Positions 26,082 through 39,789 are shown, numbered from the stretch's first letter. The stretch is DNA of 64,000 nucleotides from Rhina ancylostomus (GCA_030265395.1 JARFYF010000058.1:7941380-8005379); one strand, 5' to 3'. Notes: generated from the sequence alone by a model not told the origin. A program made the numbers and translations.

Positions 26082-26400
26082 GGGCGGCACAGCGGAACAA
26101 TTAGTAGCACTACTGTCTCACAGCACTAGAGACCTGGATTCAATCCAGACCTTGCCTGCTATCTGTGTGGAGTTTGCAGAGTCCCTGTGACCATGCGCTC
26201 CAGTTTCCCAAATCCCACATCCCAAAGATGTGAGGGTTGGTAGGTTAATTAGCCTCTAGTGTAGGTGCACGGTAGGATCTGGAAGGAGTTGAGAAGAATG
26301 TGGGGACAATAAAAAATGGAATCAATGTAAAATGGATGGTCAGTGCGGACTCAGTGGGCTGAAGGGCCTGCTCTATGGATCTCTCTCTATGACTCTATTA
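26082..26400 (+). mobile_element. Near full-length tRNA-derived V-SINE (HE1-type)
   Basis: tRNA-like head GGCGGCACAGCGG...GGATTCAATCC, V-domain TGTGTGGAGTTTGCA...CCCACATCCCAAAGATGTG, CR1-derived tail GGGCTGAAGGGCCTG...CTATGACTCTAT. Confidence 0.85.
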
Positions 26401-26851
26401 ACTCAATGCACCAAGAACCCAAATGGTTCTTGATTCAAGTAGTACCAGGTCATCTCAAATCCACTCAAAAGGAAAGAGGTGATATTTACAAGCAACTCCT
26501 TCATTAGCATCACAATACTTCAATTCTGAGTTAACTCTGCAAACATATAGTCCAGGACTTAATTCTGGCATTTTTTATTTTAGTTTAGTTCTATGCAATG
26601 CCATGAAGCAGTGTAAAGCTGGATTTTTTGTAAATTCTTTCATTTTTGCATATCAGAACAACTTAATCGATTGCTACCAAAAAACATTGACCTAAAACAT
26701 TAATTTTGTTTCTCCATGGGTGAAGCCTGACCTACTGAGCACCACCAGTATTATGACAGTCAATTACTTAAAAGGTATCAAAACCCACACACAAGTGCAA
26801 CAAACACCCAGCTGAATATCTCTTAACCAAAAAAAAGTTTACACAAAGTAC

Positions 26852-26983
26852 CTGAATTGTCTCTGTGCCCTACTGGGCGAAGCTTAGGGACTCCACCCTG
26901 AAACAAACCACCCATTGGACCTGGTCCACCAGACGCCGATCCTGAACCGAGTCCACCACCACCACCTCCTCCTCCTTTAAGAT
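26852..26983 (-). CDS. WIPF2: WIPF2 coding exon 3, Gly-rich region with GGLFQGGVPKLRP
   Basis: TTTAAG|AT acceptor, G|GTAC donor, 132 nt, phase 1-1; NLKGGGGGGGGLGSGSASGGPGPMGGLFQGGVPKLRPVGHRDNS. Confidence 0.94.
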
Positions 26984-27433
26984 CTTAAAGAAAAGAAAAA
27001 AGGCATTATTAAATAAACAGAATGGAAATTCGCCCTTTTGTGGATTCAGTGGTACACAAGGCTATGTGGTACAAGTGGTGAAAATGGAGTTCAGGCATAA
27101 ATCAGCACAAATTTAAAACCAGACTTATTCAGAGTATCAGTACCATAACGCATTACAGACAAAATCTTAATTAAGTCAACCCACTATGCATTTGTAATAT
27201 GGTACTTTGCACTTCTGTTTTAATTCTTCATCTTAGACCATCATCATAAGGAAGAAGAAACCATTCGGAACTTTAGAAAACTCAATGTGCTCCCTCAGAG
27301 TAGTTCTTAAATTTGAAAACACAATCAGCTATAACAGCACAACTGGAGTTTTCAATTTTTCAGTGTCACAAATTCACCACTATAGCTTAACGAAATGCTA
27401 GTAATATCACAGCTCTTTACACTTGTTACTTAC

Positions 27434-27566
27434 TTTCAAGATTTGGGGCACTTCTGTCATTAGCATTGGTCACTTTTCGAAGTTTGGCTCCCTTTGTAAT
27501 ATCAGATAAGAGTGCCCCTCGATTACGATGTTCCTCTCTGCTCAATTTTGGTACAACTGTATTTGC
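27434..27566 (-). CDS. WIPF2: WIPF2 coding exon 2, WH2 actin-binding domain
   Basis: CAG|GCA acceptor, A|GTAAG donor, 133 nt; ANTVVPKLSREEHRNRGALLSDITKGAKLRKVTNANDRSAPNLE has the verprolin WH2 pattern RGALL..I.KG.KL(K/R)KV..NDRSAP. Confidence 0.97.
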
Positions 27567-27774
27567 CTGTGGATAAAGATTAAAATTAAGTACAACTATG
27601 TTGCTTTATTTTCCATAGCAAGTTAGAAATAATTATATTTGTAAAAAGATTCCAATAGACTATTTTGTAATTCCCTGCTTATGCTTCCCTGCTTTAAACA
27701 CACAATACTCCAGTTCCCTTAAACAATCCGGATACTGTCTGAAACTTCAAAGTCCTCTTACCTTACAATTTCAC

Positions 27775-28515
27775 TTTTAACCAGTGTGAATTGTGAGGTG
27801 ATGCATTTTGGGAAGGCAAAGAGGATAGGGCATACACAATAAATGGTGGGGTCTTAGGTAGTATTTGGGGTACAAGTCCACAGATATCTGATATTGGTAC
27901 ACAGGTGGATAAGGTGGTGAAGGCAGCACATGGGGTGTTTGCCTTCGTGAGCTACGACAATAGAATACAAGAGCTGGGTCGTTACAACTATAAAACATTA
28001 GTTAGGCCACACCTGGAGCATTGTGCACAGTTCTGGTTGCCACATTCTAGGAGGTGATTGCGATGAAGAACTGCAGAGGAGATTCATCAGGATGTTGCCT
28101 GGTTTGGAACATTTCGATTATGAGTAGAGACTGGGTTTGGTTTTCCCTAGATATGGAGGCAGCTGAAGGATGATTTGATTAAGGTATACAAAATAATGAG
28201 GAGGTCAAATGGAGGAGATACAAAAAATCTTTTACCCATTGTGGGGTGTCAAAGACAAGAGGGCTTAGATATAAAGTGAGAGGTAGGAAGTTTGGGACCA
28301 GAGACAGAGTGGGTGGCTGGCATCTGAAACACACTGCCCAGAAGAGGTAATGGAGGTAGAGACTCTCACAACATTTAAGCAGCATCTAGACAAGTACTTG
28401 AATAGCCAAGGCATAGAAGGCTACAGACTTAATGCAGGAAAATGGAATTAGTATAGATAGGTATAAAAAGATTATACCGTGGGCCGAAGGGCCTGGTTCT
28501 GTGCTGTACAGCTCT
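27775..28515 (+). mobile_element. CR1 LINE 3' fragment with tail
   Basis: CEVMHFG, YKTLVRPHLEHCAQFWLPH; tail GGGCCGAAGGGCCTGGTTCTGTGCTGTA. Confidence 0.85.
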
Positions 28516-28660
28516 AGGAATTTATGAATTAATTATGCTTATTGGGAGGAAAAATAATGAATCTCTAATTTTCAGACAACAAATTTGCAAATGATTTAAT
28601 GCAAAACAATTTAATAAAGCCAAGCAATAACATATATAGCTGCAAGATACAACCCTTCTC

Positions 28661-28787
28661 AGAGTCATACAGCACGGAAATAGGCCCTTCAGCCCAACTG
28701 GAACAAACAGACCAAGATGCCCCATCTAAGTTAGGCCCATTTACCAGCTTTTGGCCCATAACCTTCTGAACCTTTCCAGTCCATGTA
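28661..28787 (-). mobile_element. Inverted CR1 3' tail fragment
   Basis: AGAGTCATACAGCACGGAAATAGGCCCTTCAGCCCA is the reverse of the CR1 tail. Confidence 0.7.
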
Positions 28788-31680
28788 GCTATCACAGAGG
28801 AGCTAGAGAACATTCTCAAGGGGGAGGGTGAGCAGCCAGAAGCCGTTGTGCACATTGGCACAAATGACATCGGTAGAGAAAGGGATGAGGTCCTGCAGAG
28901 TGAACATAGGGAGCTAGGGAAGAAGTTAAAAAGCAGGATCTTGAGGGTAGTAATCTCTGGATTACTTCCAGTACCACATATGCTAGGGAGGGCAAGAATA
29001 GGAGGATATAACAAATGATTGCGTGGCTGAAAAATAGGTGTAGGGGGCAGGGATTCAGGAGTTTTGGACCACTGGGACCAATATCCTGGCACACAGATTT
29101 GCTAGTAATCCGAGAGTGGGTTTAAACTAGATTGCTGGGGGATGGGATGTCAAGCATCAGGGAGGCAAATGAGAGGCTGGAAAGTGATGCAGAAGTCAGT
29201 TACAGNNNNNNNNNNNNNNNNNNNNNNNNNNNNNNNNNNCAGGAGCGAGGAGAGCCTATTGGATTAAATTGCATATATTTCAATGCAAGAGGCCTGATGG
29301 GTAAGGCAGATGAACTTGGGGCTTGGAGAGTTATGTGGGACTGGGATATTATAGCCATTACAAAAACACAGCTAATGGAAGAACAGGACTGGTAGCTTTA
29401 TGTTCTGGGGTACAAGTGCTTTAGGCAGGATAGAGGCGGAGGAAAGAGAGGAGGGGGAAGTTGCATTTTTGATTAAGAGAAATGTCACCATGGTGGTCAG
29501 AAATGAAATTCCTGAAGGTCTATCCAGTGAGGCTTTATGGGTGGAGCTGAGAAATAAAAAGGGGATGATCACATTGTTGGGATTGTACTAATCGGCCCCC
29601 AAATAGTCAATGGGAATTAGAACAACAATTATGCAGGGAGATTGTGCCGAGAGATTGTGCAGAGTTGTAAAAATAATAGGGTTGTCATCATAGGGGATTT
29701 TAACTTTCCTAACATAGACTGGAACTGTCATACTTTTAAGTGCTTAGATGGGGTGGAATTTGTTAAGTACATTCAAGAAAGTTTCCTTGGGCAATATACA
29801 GAGGGCCCTACTAGGGAGAGGGCAAAGCTCAACCTACTCTTGGGTAATAGGGCAAGCGACTGAGATGACAGTGGCAGAAGCACATTGGGACCAGTGGCCA
29901 TAGTTCTATTACTTTTAAACTAGTTCTGGAAAGGGACACAACTGGTCCACAGGTTCAAGCTCTAAATTGGGGCAAGGCAAAGTTTGATGGTATGAGACAG
30001 CAGCTTGCAAAGATTGATTGGAGTAGGCTCTCCGGGCAAAAGGACCACAGGCAAGTGGGAAGCTCTTAAAGGTGAGCTAGTGAGAGCTCAATGTCTGTAT
30101 GTTCCTGTTAGAGTGAAGGGCAAGACTGGTAGGAGTATGGAACACTGGATGACGAGGGATACTTTTCCTGGCCAGGAAAAAGGAGGGATGGGTCAGGTAC
30201 AGGCAGCTTGGATCACATGNNNNNNNNNNNNNNTAAAGGATGCTGAAGTGCATCAGTGTGGGGTGGGGGTGGGGGTGGGGGGTAAAATAAGATAACTTTC
30301 GCAAAGAAGATTAAGGAAAACCCAGAGTTTTTATTAGTAAGAAAGACTAAATAGAGAGAGATTAGGGCCCCTCAAAGACCAAACGGGACACCTTTCACCT
30401 TTGTGTGGCACTGCAGGAGTTGGGCAAGGTCCTTAATGAATATCTCTCCTCTATTTTTACTGTGGAGAAAGACAAGAAGACTTCAGAACTAGGAAAAGTA
30501 AACAGGGAGGTCTTGGGGATAGTCCACATTACAGTAGAGAAAGTGCTGGAATCCTTAAAAGGTATGAAGGTAGACAAATCTCCAAGGCCTGACTAGATTT
30601 ATCCAAGAACACTGTGGGAGGCTAGAGAAAAAATTGCAGGAGCACTGGCTGAGATCTTTGCATAATCATTAACCACAGGTGAAGTGCTGGTAGACTGGAG
30701 GGTAGTGAATGTTGTGCCTTTATTTAAGGACGGCAAAGAAAAACCTGGGAACTATAGGCCAGTAAGTCCAACATATGTGGTAGCTAAGTTACTGGAGAGG
30801 ATTCTGAGGGATAAGGTGTACTTACATCTTGAAAGAAGGGTTGGTTAGGGGTAGTAAGTATGAATTTGTGCATGGGAGATCATGTCTTAAGAACTTGATT
30901 GAGTTTTTTTTGATGAGGACAGGGCAGTGACGTGGTTTATATGGACTTCAGTAAGGCCTTTGATAAGGTTCCACGTGATCGTTTGTACTGGAAGGTTAGA
31001 TTGCATGGAATCCCGGGAGAGCTGGCTAACTGGATACACAATTGGGNNNNNNNNNNNNNNNNNNNNNNNNNNNNNNNNNNNNNNNNNNNNNNNNNNNNNN
31101 NNNNNNNNNNNNNNNNNNNNNNNNNNNNNNNNNNNNNNNNNNNNNNAGGCCTTTGATAAGGTTCCACGTGATAGTTTGTACTGGAAGGTTAGATTGCATG
31201 GAATCCAGGGAGAGCTGGCTAACTGGATACACAATTGGGTTGACGGTAGAAAGCAGAGGGTGATGGTAGAAGGTTGTTTCTTGGACTGGAGGCCTATGAC
31301 TAGTGGTGTGCCTCAGGGGTCGGTGCTGGGCCCATTGTTCTTTGTCATCTCTATCAATGATATGGATAAGAATGTAGAAGGCATGGTTAGTAAGTTGGCA
31401 GAAAATACTGAAATTGGTGTTAGAGCAGTTAATGAAGGAAGCTATCAAAAACTACAGGGGGATTTTGATCAGCTGAGTAAGTGGGCTGAGGAATGGCAAA
31501 TGATAAGTGCGAGGTGTTGCATTTTGGAAAATCAAAACTATGTAGGACTTTCAAAGTGAATGGCAGGGCACTGGAGAGTGTTGTTGAATAGAGGGACTTT
31601 GGAGTACAAGTACATGGCTCACTGCAGTTATACAGGATGCTGGTGAGGCCACATTTGGAGTATTGTGTTCAATTTCTTCT
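28788..31680 (+). mobile_element. Large CR1 LINE: end of ORF1 (SGNH esterase-like) and ORF2 (AP endonuclease + RT), inactivated
   Basis: ORF1 VVHIGTNDIG...VVISGLLPVP; endonuclease CIYFNARGL, DIIAITKT, GDFNFPNIDW; RT YMDFSKAFDKVP, SGVPQGSVLGPLFF; multiple stops and frameshifts. Confidence 0.93.
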
Positions 31681-31769
31681 AAAATTATAACCTTTCTAGA
31701 GTACATAACAAGCATTTTAGTTATACTAAAATGTTTTGATTCTTAATTAGATCACACCTAAAATACTGT

Positions 31770-32265
31770 GTGCAATTCTTGCTACTGTATCATGAAAAGG
31801 ATATAGTAGTTCCAGAGAGGGTGCAAAGAATTTACAAGGATGTAAGCAGAAACATGAAGTTATACCCATCAGACAGCGAAAAACAGTCTTGCTCTCTTTT
31901 CTCAAGTAAAAGGTTTAATATTGGGCTGGGAAAGGAATGGAATTCAATTTATGAGACTTTTGTTTATTTGCTTGTGGGAACAAGCAAAACTAAAGGTTAA
32001 ATATCATCAATTTACGACAGCCACCCAAAAACAGTGAACTCAACAAAAACTTCCTTATCCAGAAAGGTACAAAGAAGTGGAACTCACTACCACTGAAAAT
32101 GGTTCAGGTGAGTAATAGATTCAATAATAGAAAGGCTAAATAACCATAGGAGGGAGAATAAGATGGAGGCTTATCCTGGTAAGAGTTAGATAGAAGGCTC
32201 AAATAAAGTATAAACATTGACATAGACTGGTTTAGCTGAATGGCTTCTCTCTGCTGTATTATTCT
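31770..32265 (+). mobile_element. Old CR1 3' fragment
   Basis: YCVQF...KDI...ERVQR.FTR motif and a decayed GCTGAATGGCTT tail. Confidence 0.55.
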
Positions 32266-32301
32266 ACAAAACACCAATCAGCTATCACAGCTTTTCCTTA
32301 C

Positions 32302-32367
32302 CTGATTGAATGTTGGGGGTGGAGGGGGTGCAGCAGGTGGGGGTGGGGGTGGCGGAGGTATTGGCAT
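32302..32367 (-). CDS. WIPF2: WIPF2 coding exon 1 (gene exon 2), N-terminal polyproline MPIPPPPPPPPAAPPPPPTFNQ
   Basis: ATG at 32367 with A at -3; 22 codons matching the WIP/WIRE N-terminus; phase-0 donor CAG|GTAAG. The exon acceptor TTTCAG lies at 32434, so 32368-32434 is 5' UTR. Confidence 0.96.
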
Positions 32368-33136
32368 ATTTTCCCACTACCTGCTGGTTCAGTCTCTGCT
32401 GTATTTCACACAGTGTACTTGGTCATTCATAAACCTGAAAAAATATGCAAACATTTAGCAATTTGTAGACAGAATTCCTTTTAAGCTGCCATGGCATGAT
32501 ACAAGAGAATTCCTTGTTCGTTTGCTCAATTTTCTACATCTTCCCCAGGAAACACAAGCATATGATCATATACAAGATATCCAACTGTGCTCCAGTTTCC
32601 CCATTCATAACCATTCTGCATGAAGCAAGGCAGTGTGCATTAGAAAAAAAGTTCAGCTATGGGGGAATAAATGGAAAATGATATCATACCTTCATCCAAC
32701 AATCAAAGCTAGAAATCAGGAATCAGAAATTCAGGACACTGGCAAAGGCCAACATGTCTGATCTGGACTCATCTTCCCTCCTCTCTTGCTTCAGTAGATC
32801 CACATAGGTAAAGGTTTTCCTAAGTGCACTTTAAGGATTTTGTGCTGTTAAAATCTTTGCACCAATTCTATCCTCTAACATTTGATCTCTTTTGGAACAT
32901 AAACAATTGTTTGAAAAGGCTCTTAATAATGAACTTAATTGTGATTAAGTACTCTCCCTTTCAATGAGAATCGGCCCAGCCTTCATCTTTTTCCCAACCT
33001 TATACTTGGATCATTATCTTGGTATACTGAAGAGTTACAACATATCCTTTGTTATGTGTTGAAGAGAATATTCCTGGTAACATCCAAAAAAAGAAAAATG
33101 CAGCATGAGTTGACCCAAGAATTCAATGCTTTTTTA

Positions 33137-33597
33137 ACATGGTAGTCTAGTGGTTAGCGTCATGCTATTACAGCGCCAGAGACCTGGGTTCAATTCTGGC
33201 CTCTGTCTATACGGAGCTTTTACGTTCTCCCCATGTCTGCGTGGGTTTCCTCCGGGTGCTCTGGCTTCCTCCCACATTCCAAAGATGTACGGGCAGGTTA
33301 ANNNNNNNNNNNNNNNNNNNNNNNNNNNNNNNNNNNNNNNNNNNNNNNNNNNNNNNNNNNNNNNNNNNNNNNNNNNNNNNNNNNNNNNNNNNNNNNNNNN
33401 NCATGTCTGCGTGGGTTTCCTCCGGGTGCTCTGGCTTCCTCCCACATTCCAAAAACGTTTGGGTTAGGAAGTTGTGGGCATGCTATGTTGGGGCCGGAAG
33501 TGTAGTGACACTTGCGGGCTGCCCCCAGAACACTCTATGCAAAAAGATGCATTTCACCATGTGTTTCGCTGTACATGTGACTAATAAAGATATCTAA
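33137..33597 (+). mobile_element. Young tRNA-derived V-SINE with a different tail, split by a gap
   Basis: GTGGTTAGCG...GGGTTCAATTC head; CTGCGTGGGTTTCCTCCGGGTGCTC V-domain with CpGs retained; tail GTACATGTGACTAATAAAG. Confidence 0.85.
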
Positions 33598-36500
33598 AAA
33601 ATACTTCGAGAAATTGGCCAACTGCATAATTCTCATTTATTACAATGTTGAAGTGAGACTAAGAATGCAGGATGAAATATTTATTAATGATAAAAAAATC
33701 TTTGCATTAGACAAGCTCAGAGTACAACACAAACCTCAATTTGGCAATATTAAAGACACTAATTCAGAAAAGGATATAGGCTGATCTATGTGGGGGAAGG
33801 TAAAGGAATACGTGCAACAAGGAATGGTCTTTTGATATTGGAATCGCAGTAAGACCCTACAAAAAAAATGTAGTGGTCAGTGTGCATGTGCAATATTCCT
33901 AATCACAAGAAACATCTCCCAGTGGATAACATATGAGAACCCATTGCTTATATTTCTTGTTCTCAGCTTCAATTCAAACTTTTATATCATCTCAACTATT
34001 ATATTTTCCACTGATAAAAAATATACCCACATCCATACGATTAACCCCACTTCCCACTTTGTTAAGCTTAACCTTTCTGTAACTCAGACTAGTTTTGCAA
34101 TCTCTTAGGGATGTGACTACACAAAAGAAATGCAGATAAATTGTAACACTATCATGTCAGCTTAAGTGTTTTCCATATACTTTTCCAATCTCAATACAAG
34201 AATGGATGTGTCAATACCACAAGAATCCCCACACATTTTACAAATCCAAACAAATTTATATATGCATAACCCTAGCTATGTGATAATCTGGTTTACCAGG
34301 TGAGCAATGGCCTTGAACTACCCTAACAGTAGGCTACATCTTTCTAGATACAACTATGAACCAGATTTAATTTGGAAAGAATTTGATTTATGTAACTTCT
34401 TCAGAGTTGTTCACATGCCTGGAATTACTTTTCAAATGTACCCCTTTAACTTGGTGGGCAAAGGTGACAACTAACTTGCATGGAAAAGACCCAACTGCCA
34501 GCAAACAAAAGAAATAACCAAACTTAGAGCTGTTGTTTAAAGGAGAAAAGGTTGGAGAGGAAATCAGGTAAAATTGTGTCATGGAACATTTACATTCAAA
34601 AGCAGGCCCTACAATGGCTCATCACAAATAATACTACAAATCTTAAACTGAGACTTAAGAATCTTATCAACTCAAAGTCCCTGTGACTTTAGAGGCATCA
34701 ATTTGGACCAATGTCTCTGAAACAACATTTATTGTTCAGACTAAGTGTTACACCCTTTCCATCTGCTTGAAAAACAAGAAACCATACTGCTGTCCTAATG
34801 CAGACACATTTTAATCCTTTGAAGTCCAAGCTGTGGAAAGATGACTGCTCACAATTAATCAGTGTGCTAAAGGTCTGATACTTCTTAGAGCAGCAAACCT
34901 GTCATCCAGATTAAATTTCAAATGTATTGTAAATATCTGGATGCATACTTTAGGCTGGTGATCAAGCATCAGAAGACATTTTCATTTCACAAGGGTCTTA
35001 TTATAACCAGATGACATGAACTACTTTTTAGGCAAGTAGCAAGTACATGTGAGATAGGTTTCCTTTTGTCTGGCTTCATGCATTAAAGAAAGCTTTCTTA
35101 ACTTGTCCAAACTTAATCTACTAAAAGGACAGTGACATTTTAACTTTATGATTCAGAGAGAAACTGATTTACAACCCAGTCAATGCATTAAAAATTACAC
35201 CTCCAACAATACACCACCTTCTAGAACTGAACTTACTCACATAATCTAGGCTGACAATCAAGTCTCTGCACTGGGAATTCAATTCACAACCTTACTGACA
35301 CAGAGTCAAGAATTAGCATTGAACCAAGACAGGCAAATTGATTTACATTTATCTCTTGGCCTTGATAAGGTAACAACCATTCCCAAAAAAATCTGCAAAG
35401 ATACCAATGAGGTTAATTACTTCTGTTTTATATTTTTTGACTATTTCCCCAATTACTAGATGCACTCCCAATCATTGCAATAATAATCAAGGGAATATTC
35501 TACTATTAAACTGAGTTTGAATTATCCAGAAGACTGCAGCTGTTGTCTGCCTTTCACCCCTCGCCAACCAAACCCTTGAGATTTCATGCAGTTTTTATCT
35601 CCTGGTAAATTGCAAGTTAGATGCATCCAGTGAATGGGATTAGTATTTTTGGCAATACTAGCTTCAACCACTGTTCTTCAACAGTGTGAAATATCCATAA
35701 AATCATCACCTTCATGGATATTTATCCAGCAAGAATTTAAACAGAAATGTCATGGAGCAGTCCTTTCATTAATTTGTCTGGAATTTGGCCAATCTGTTGG
35801 CAAATGTTGTTTCAAAGCAACTTCAAGCTTAACCACAACAACATCAAGATCAGTGATGAAACGAGTGACCTGCTTTTAATGTCTGGGCAACTTTCAAGAT
35901 ATGAGCAGAAGTTTTATTTTCTGCACAGGGATAGCTTTAGCAGCTATGTTCAGCAGTTATTCTGGGCTTTCCAAATATTTTAAATCAGGCAAGGTTGACA
36001 AGCTGCTTGAAAACATTTCAGTAGCACAAGTACAACAGATTATTACATATTACTGACTGATGTCTATTGTTTTTAAAACTGTTGAACTGCCATTTGGGTA
36101 GTAAAAAGGAATTTAGTGCCACTGAATAAGTNNNNNNNNNNNNNNNNNNNNNNNNNNNNNNNNNNNNNNNNNNNNNNNNNNNNNNNNNNNNNNNNNNNNN
36201 NNNNNNNNNNNNNNNNNNNNNNNNNNNNNNNNNNNNNNNNNNNNNNNNNNNNNNNNNNNNNNNNNNNTACACATTCCAAAATCAGAATGAGAAAGCTCTA
36301 TGTTTTACGCACCTACTTCAAACTCTATCAGATCCTAATTTTCATATCCAGAAATCAGACAGTAATAGGAACAAGGTATTAAGAATTAAAGCCTCTATAA
36401 AGGAAAATAAAAATGAATATCCCCTACTGCTCAGCCATAGACTTGCCAAACCCGAAAGACTAGGACTTATTATGGCTCAAATCATGACCTACACCAAGTC

Positions 36501-39500
36501 TGACGTTAATCTGAGATAACAGCAGGGATGTTATACCCAACATCCAATTTAAAAAATTGAAAATCATTAGAATTCTCACTATTTTCCTACTGAATTAGTT
36601 GGGATGTAGTATGCTCAGGAAGTAAACTAGTGCTAAAACTTGAAAGTCAGAAAACATTTTAATCAATATTATTACATATTTAAAAAATTAAGACATTCAA
36701 GACACTACATAAAAAAATCCAGGTAAAACTTCATGTTACAGGAGGAAAAATATACCAATCTGCAATGCATTACTAACATACACAAAGCATGAAATGACAT
36801 GCAGCCTTGAGCCAATGCTCAAGTAAAAGTAATTGTCAAACACAATCATGAGGGGAAAAACTATAACTCGATAGATTCTGTGCATTCCTCATTCCATGAA
36901 AAAAATAATCTTCTAGCTAACTCTGTGCCATTGCTATACAGAATAAATATGCTGACCCAAAGCTATTCCCTAGTGCAAACTTTCTCTGGTTGACACAGGG
37001 TGTTGTACACTAGGATTATGCATCAACTTCAATCCATATAAACCACAAGTGCTTTGGTGTACATGTGACTAATAAATATCGTACTAATTATGGTATCAAA
37101 TTACAGAATCAATATATCAACATTCATTACCTATATGTTGCAGTTAGAACAGAGTGAACTTGTTTAAATTTAAAAAAGGACAGATGTATAAACCTATATC
37201 AATTGCATAGTGCAGGACCTTGACATTTACCTTAAAACAGTGGCAGATAAACAAGGAGTAAAAAGATCAATAAAAACAGGAATAAAAGAAAACAAAACTA
37301 ATAATGACAAAATAATCTACACAAAATAGCACTCTTCCACCAGCCTAAAAGTTCATCTCTCCACTGGCATGCCATTGGTGTACTTGGCACCATAGCGTCC
37401 ACCAAGATGTATACCATCCCAACTTGTCCATAGATCACTTTTCCTTCATCTTGGCTGGATTAGAATACCATCCTACAGCATTCTGAGAAACCTTCACCAT
37501 GTAAAATTATATTATCACTTTTAAGGATAACAAAGAATGTCGAATAAATACCAGCCTTGCCAATGCCACCACTAGCGAGAGAGCAAATTTTCAAAAAAAT
37601 ATTTTAAAAAGGTAGCATTTGTAAAATAATATTACAAAATCCATAATTTAGCTCCTAAATGGATAGGACACTAATCTAACACCAAATAGTGGGATCTATT
37701 AAATGCAATGTACAGCCTTGTCGGTGTAACATAATCAAGGTCAGAATTCAAAGGCAGATTGCATCCCAACTGCACTTCAACTCTTTAGTTCATTGAATTT
37801 ACCATTTGCAAAGTTACAGTTAAATCACAGATTAAAATTGGTAATGATCTAAATAAAATCCTGTACATGAACACAAGCCAATCTGACATTCAGTTAAGTT
37901 GCAAATGATGCTGTCAACTGGCCATATCTTTGAGATCACAAACCTGATACAGATTACAGATTGGGCCAGATTGTATCAGTCCAGCTCTTCTCCTTGGAAT
38001 CACCAACAACTGTCCCCCATGCCCACACGTCTCGTCCACACGAGAGAGGGTTTATCATCTTGCTGGTCCTTCGCAACCCAGAGTCCTGCGGCATAGTCTG
38101 CACAGCAACAGGACATCGGACTGTGCTGAGAGGAGAAACTGCCCTCCAAATGTCTCTGTCAACCACCAAGTCTTGGGACAGAATTTTGCTATATATAAAG
38201 TGTGTAATCAATTCCAATAGGTTTTAAACATCTGACATTCAGACTCATTTAAAAACAATTAAAATTGCAGTAAATAAATACTAAACACTAAATTACAAAA
38301 GCATAATTAATTAAAATGTAAAGATTTTTTGTTTAAATGAATTTAAGCTCTTCTTTTCTCCTATTGCTTTGCCCTACAATCTCAATTTAAAAAAATTCTG
38401 GGCAAGATTGAACCTGATGTAGAATCCCAGAGGCAATTCATGAGCATTCTGATGCATTGAAGTCCAGGAATTACTTCCATTTCAACAGCTAATCATCAAC
38501 AATTCCAGAATCACAGGTAACTACATGGTCCAGCCAATGCATAAAGGAAATCCTGTTGAGATAAGCAGTCAGCCAAACTGGGATGCTACAACTTTATAAA
38601 GACATCTACAATTTTGGGGGAAAAAAAAATATTCCTAGCCCTGTTCCAAACCAGCAAGTTACCCTTTACATTTATAACCCTTCCTGGAGTACATGGAACA
38701 CCCCCCAATGTTCTTATTCCCTTCTTTAGTAAAATCTCTGTAATGAAGTACCCACTCACGATTTTAAATAAAGCATTCTGTCCAAAGTACTCTCACATCA
38801 ATGCTTATCAACATTTCCTAGTCAGGCAGCTTCTACCTTAAGTGTGGTAGGATCAAGTGAAGTATTAAATTATTTTGGTTATTAAACAATGTGGTTGCTT
38901 TCAGTGCATACCATCTGTAAGACTATGCAAATTCTATATGGTTTTCATGACACTAAGCGAGATTGAAGGAACTAAGTTTTAAAAAGAATAATTTAAAAAA
39001 CAGAATTGTTGAAGTGACAATAAACTGGGAACTATTCCCATTTGTTAGTGAATAGCTCAAGGACATAGATTCATAAGATGAAAGAAAGATGAAAAGCATC
39101 AGAACATGGAATAATCTATGGTAACAATTTAAGCATAATACAATGGACTTTAAAAGAAACCTGGATAATATTTGGAAGTAAAATATGAAAGTATGGAGAG
39201 GAAAGAATAAATTAAACAGTCCAGACTAATATGTATATACTTGTTCTACATGGACATTAAAAATTGCTTTCTCCTTTCAAAGTGTTCTTCAGCTATATTT
39301 CCTAAAAAAACCTCTCTTGCAGAATTTGTGTTTTGCTGTACAGCTCATTCCCACAAAGTAAATCTTGTCCTTAACAAGCATCACATATTCTGAGCCAAGA
39401 TTCCTTCAAGTTTATTGTTTACTTGGCTTTAATTTTTTTTCACCATTTTATAGAATTAAATGTGCTGTTGCTCATCAGACACAGTTGTGGAATGTTACTC

Positions 39501-39789
39501 AGTCTGGAACTTTCACAACATATCGTGCCCAGGGCTATGTTTCAATCTCAATGGGGCCAAAACTTACCAGCATCAGGTTTATTACAAAATGGCACAGTTT
39601 TAGCTCTTAAACAGTATCTTAAAAGATGGAACAGGCAATGAGTAAAGGTCAAAATTAATCCTAAGTACATTTGTGGCCAAGGTAGAGGCAGAATTTGCTG
39701 AACTCAAAAATATGCCTGAAGCTGGGCTTGGAATGCTGGAATCCTCAATGGAGTTTGTCTGCATGTGAGTTCATTTGCAGACAACACAG

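Noticed and set aside
39754-39785. Inverted repeat TTGTCTGCA...TGCAGACAA
   Set aside because: An isolated 9-bp stem is expected by chance in 64 kb.
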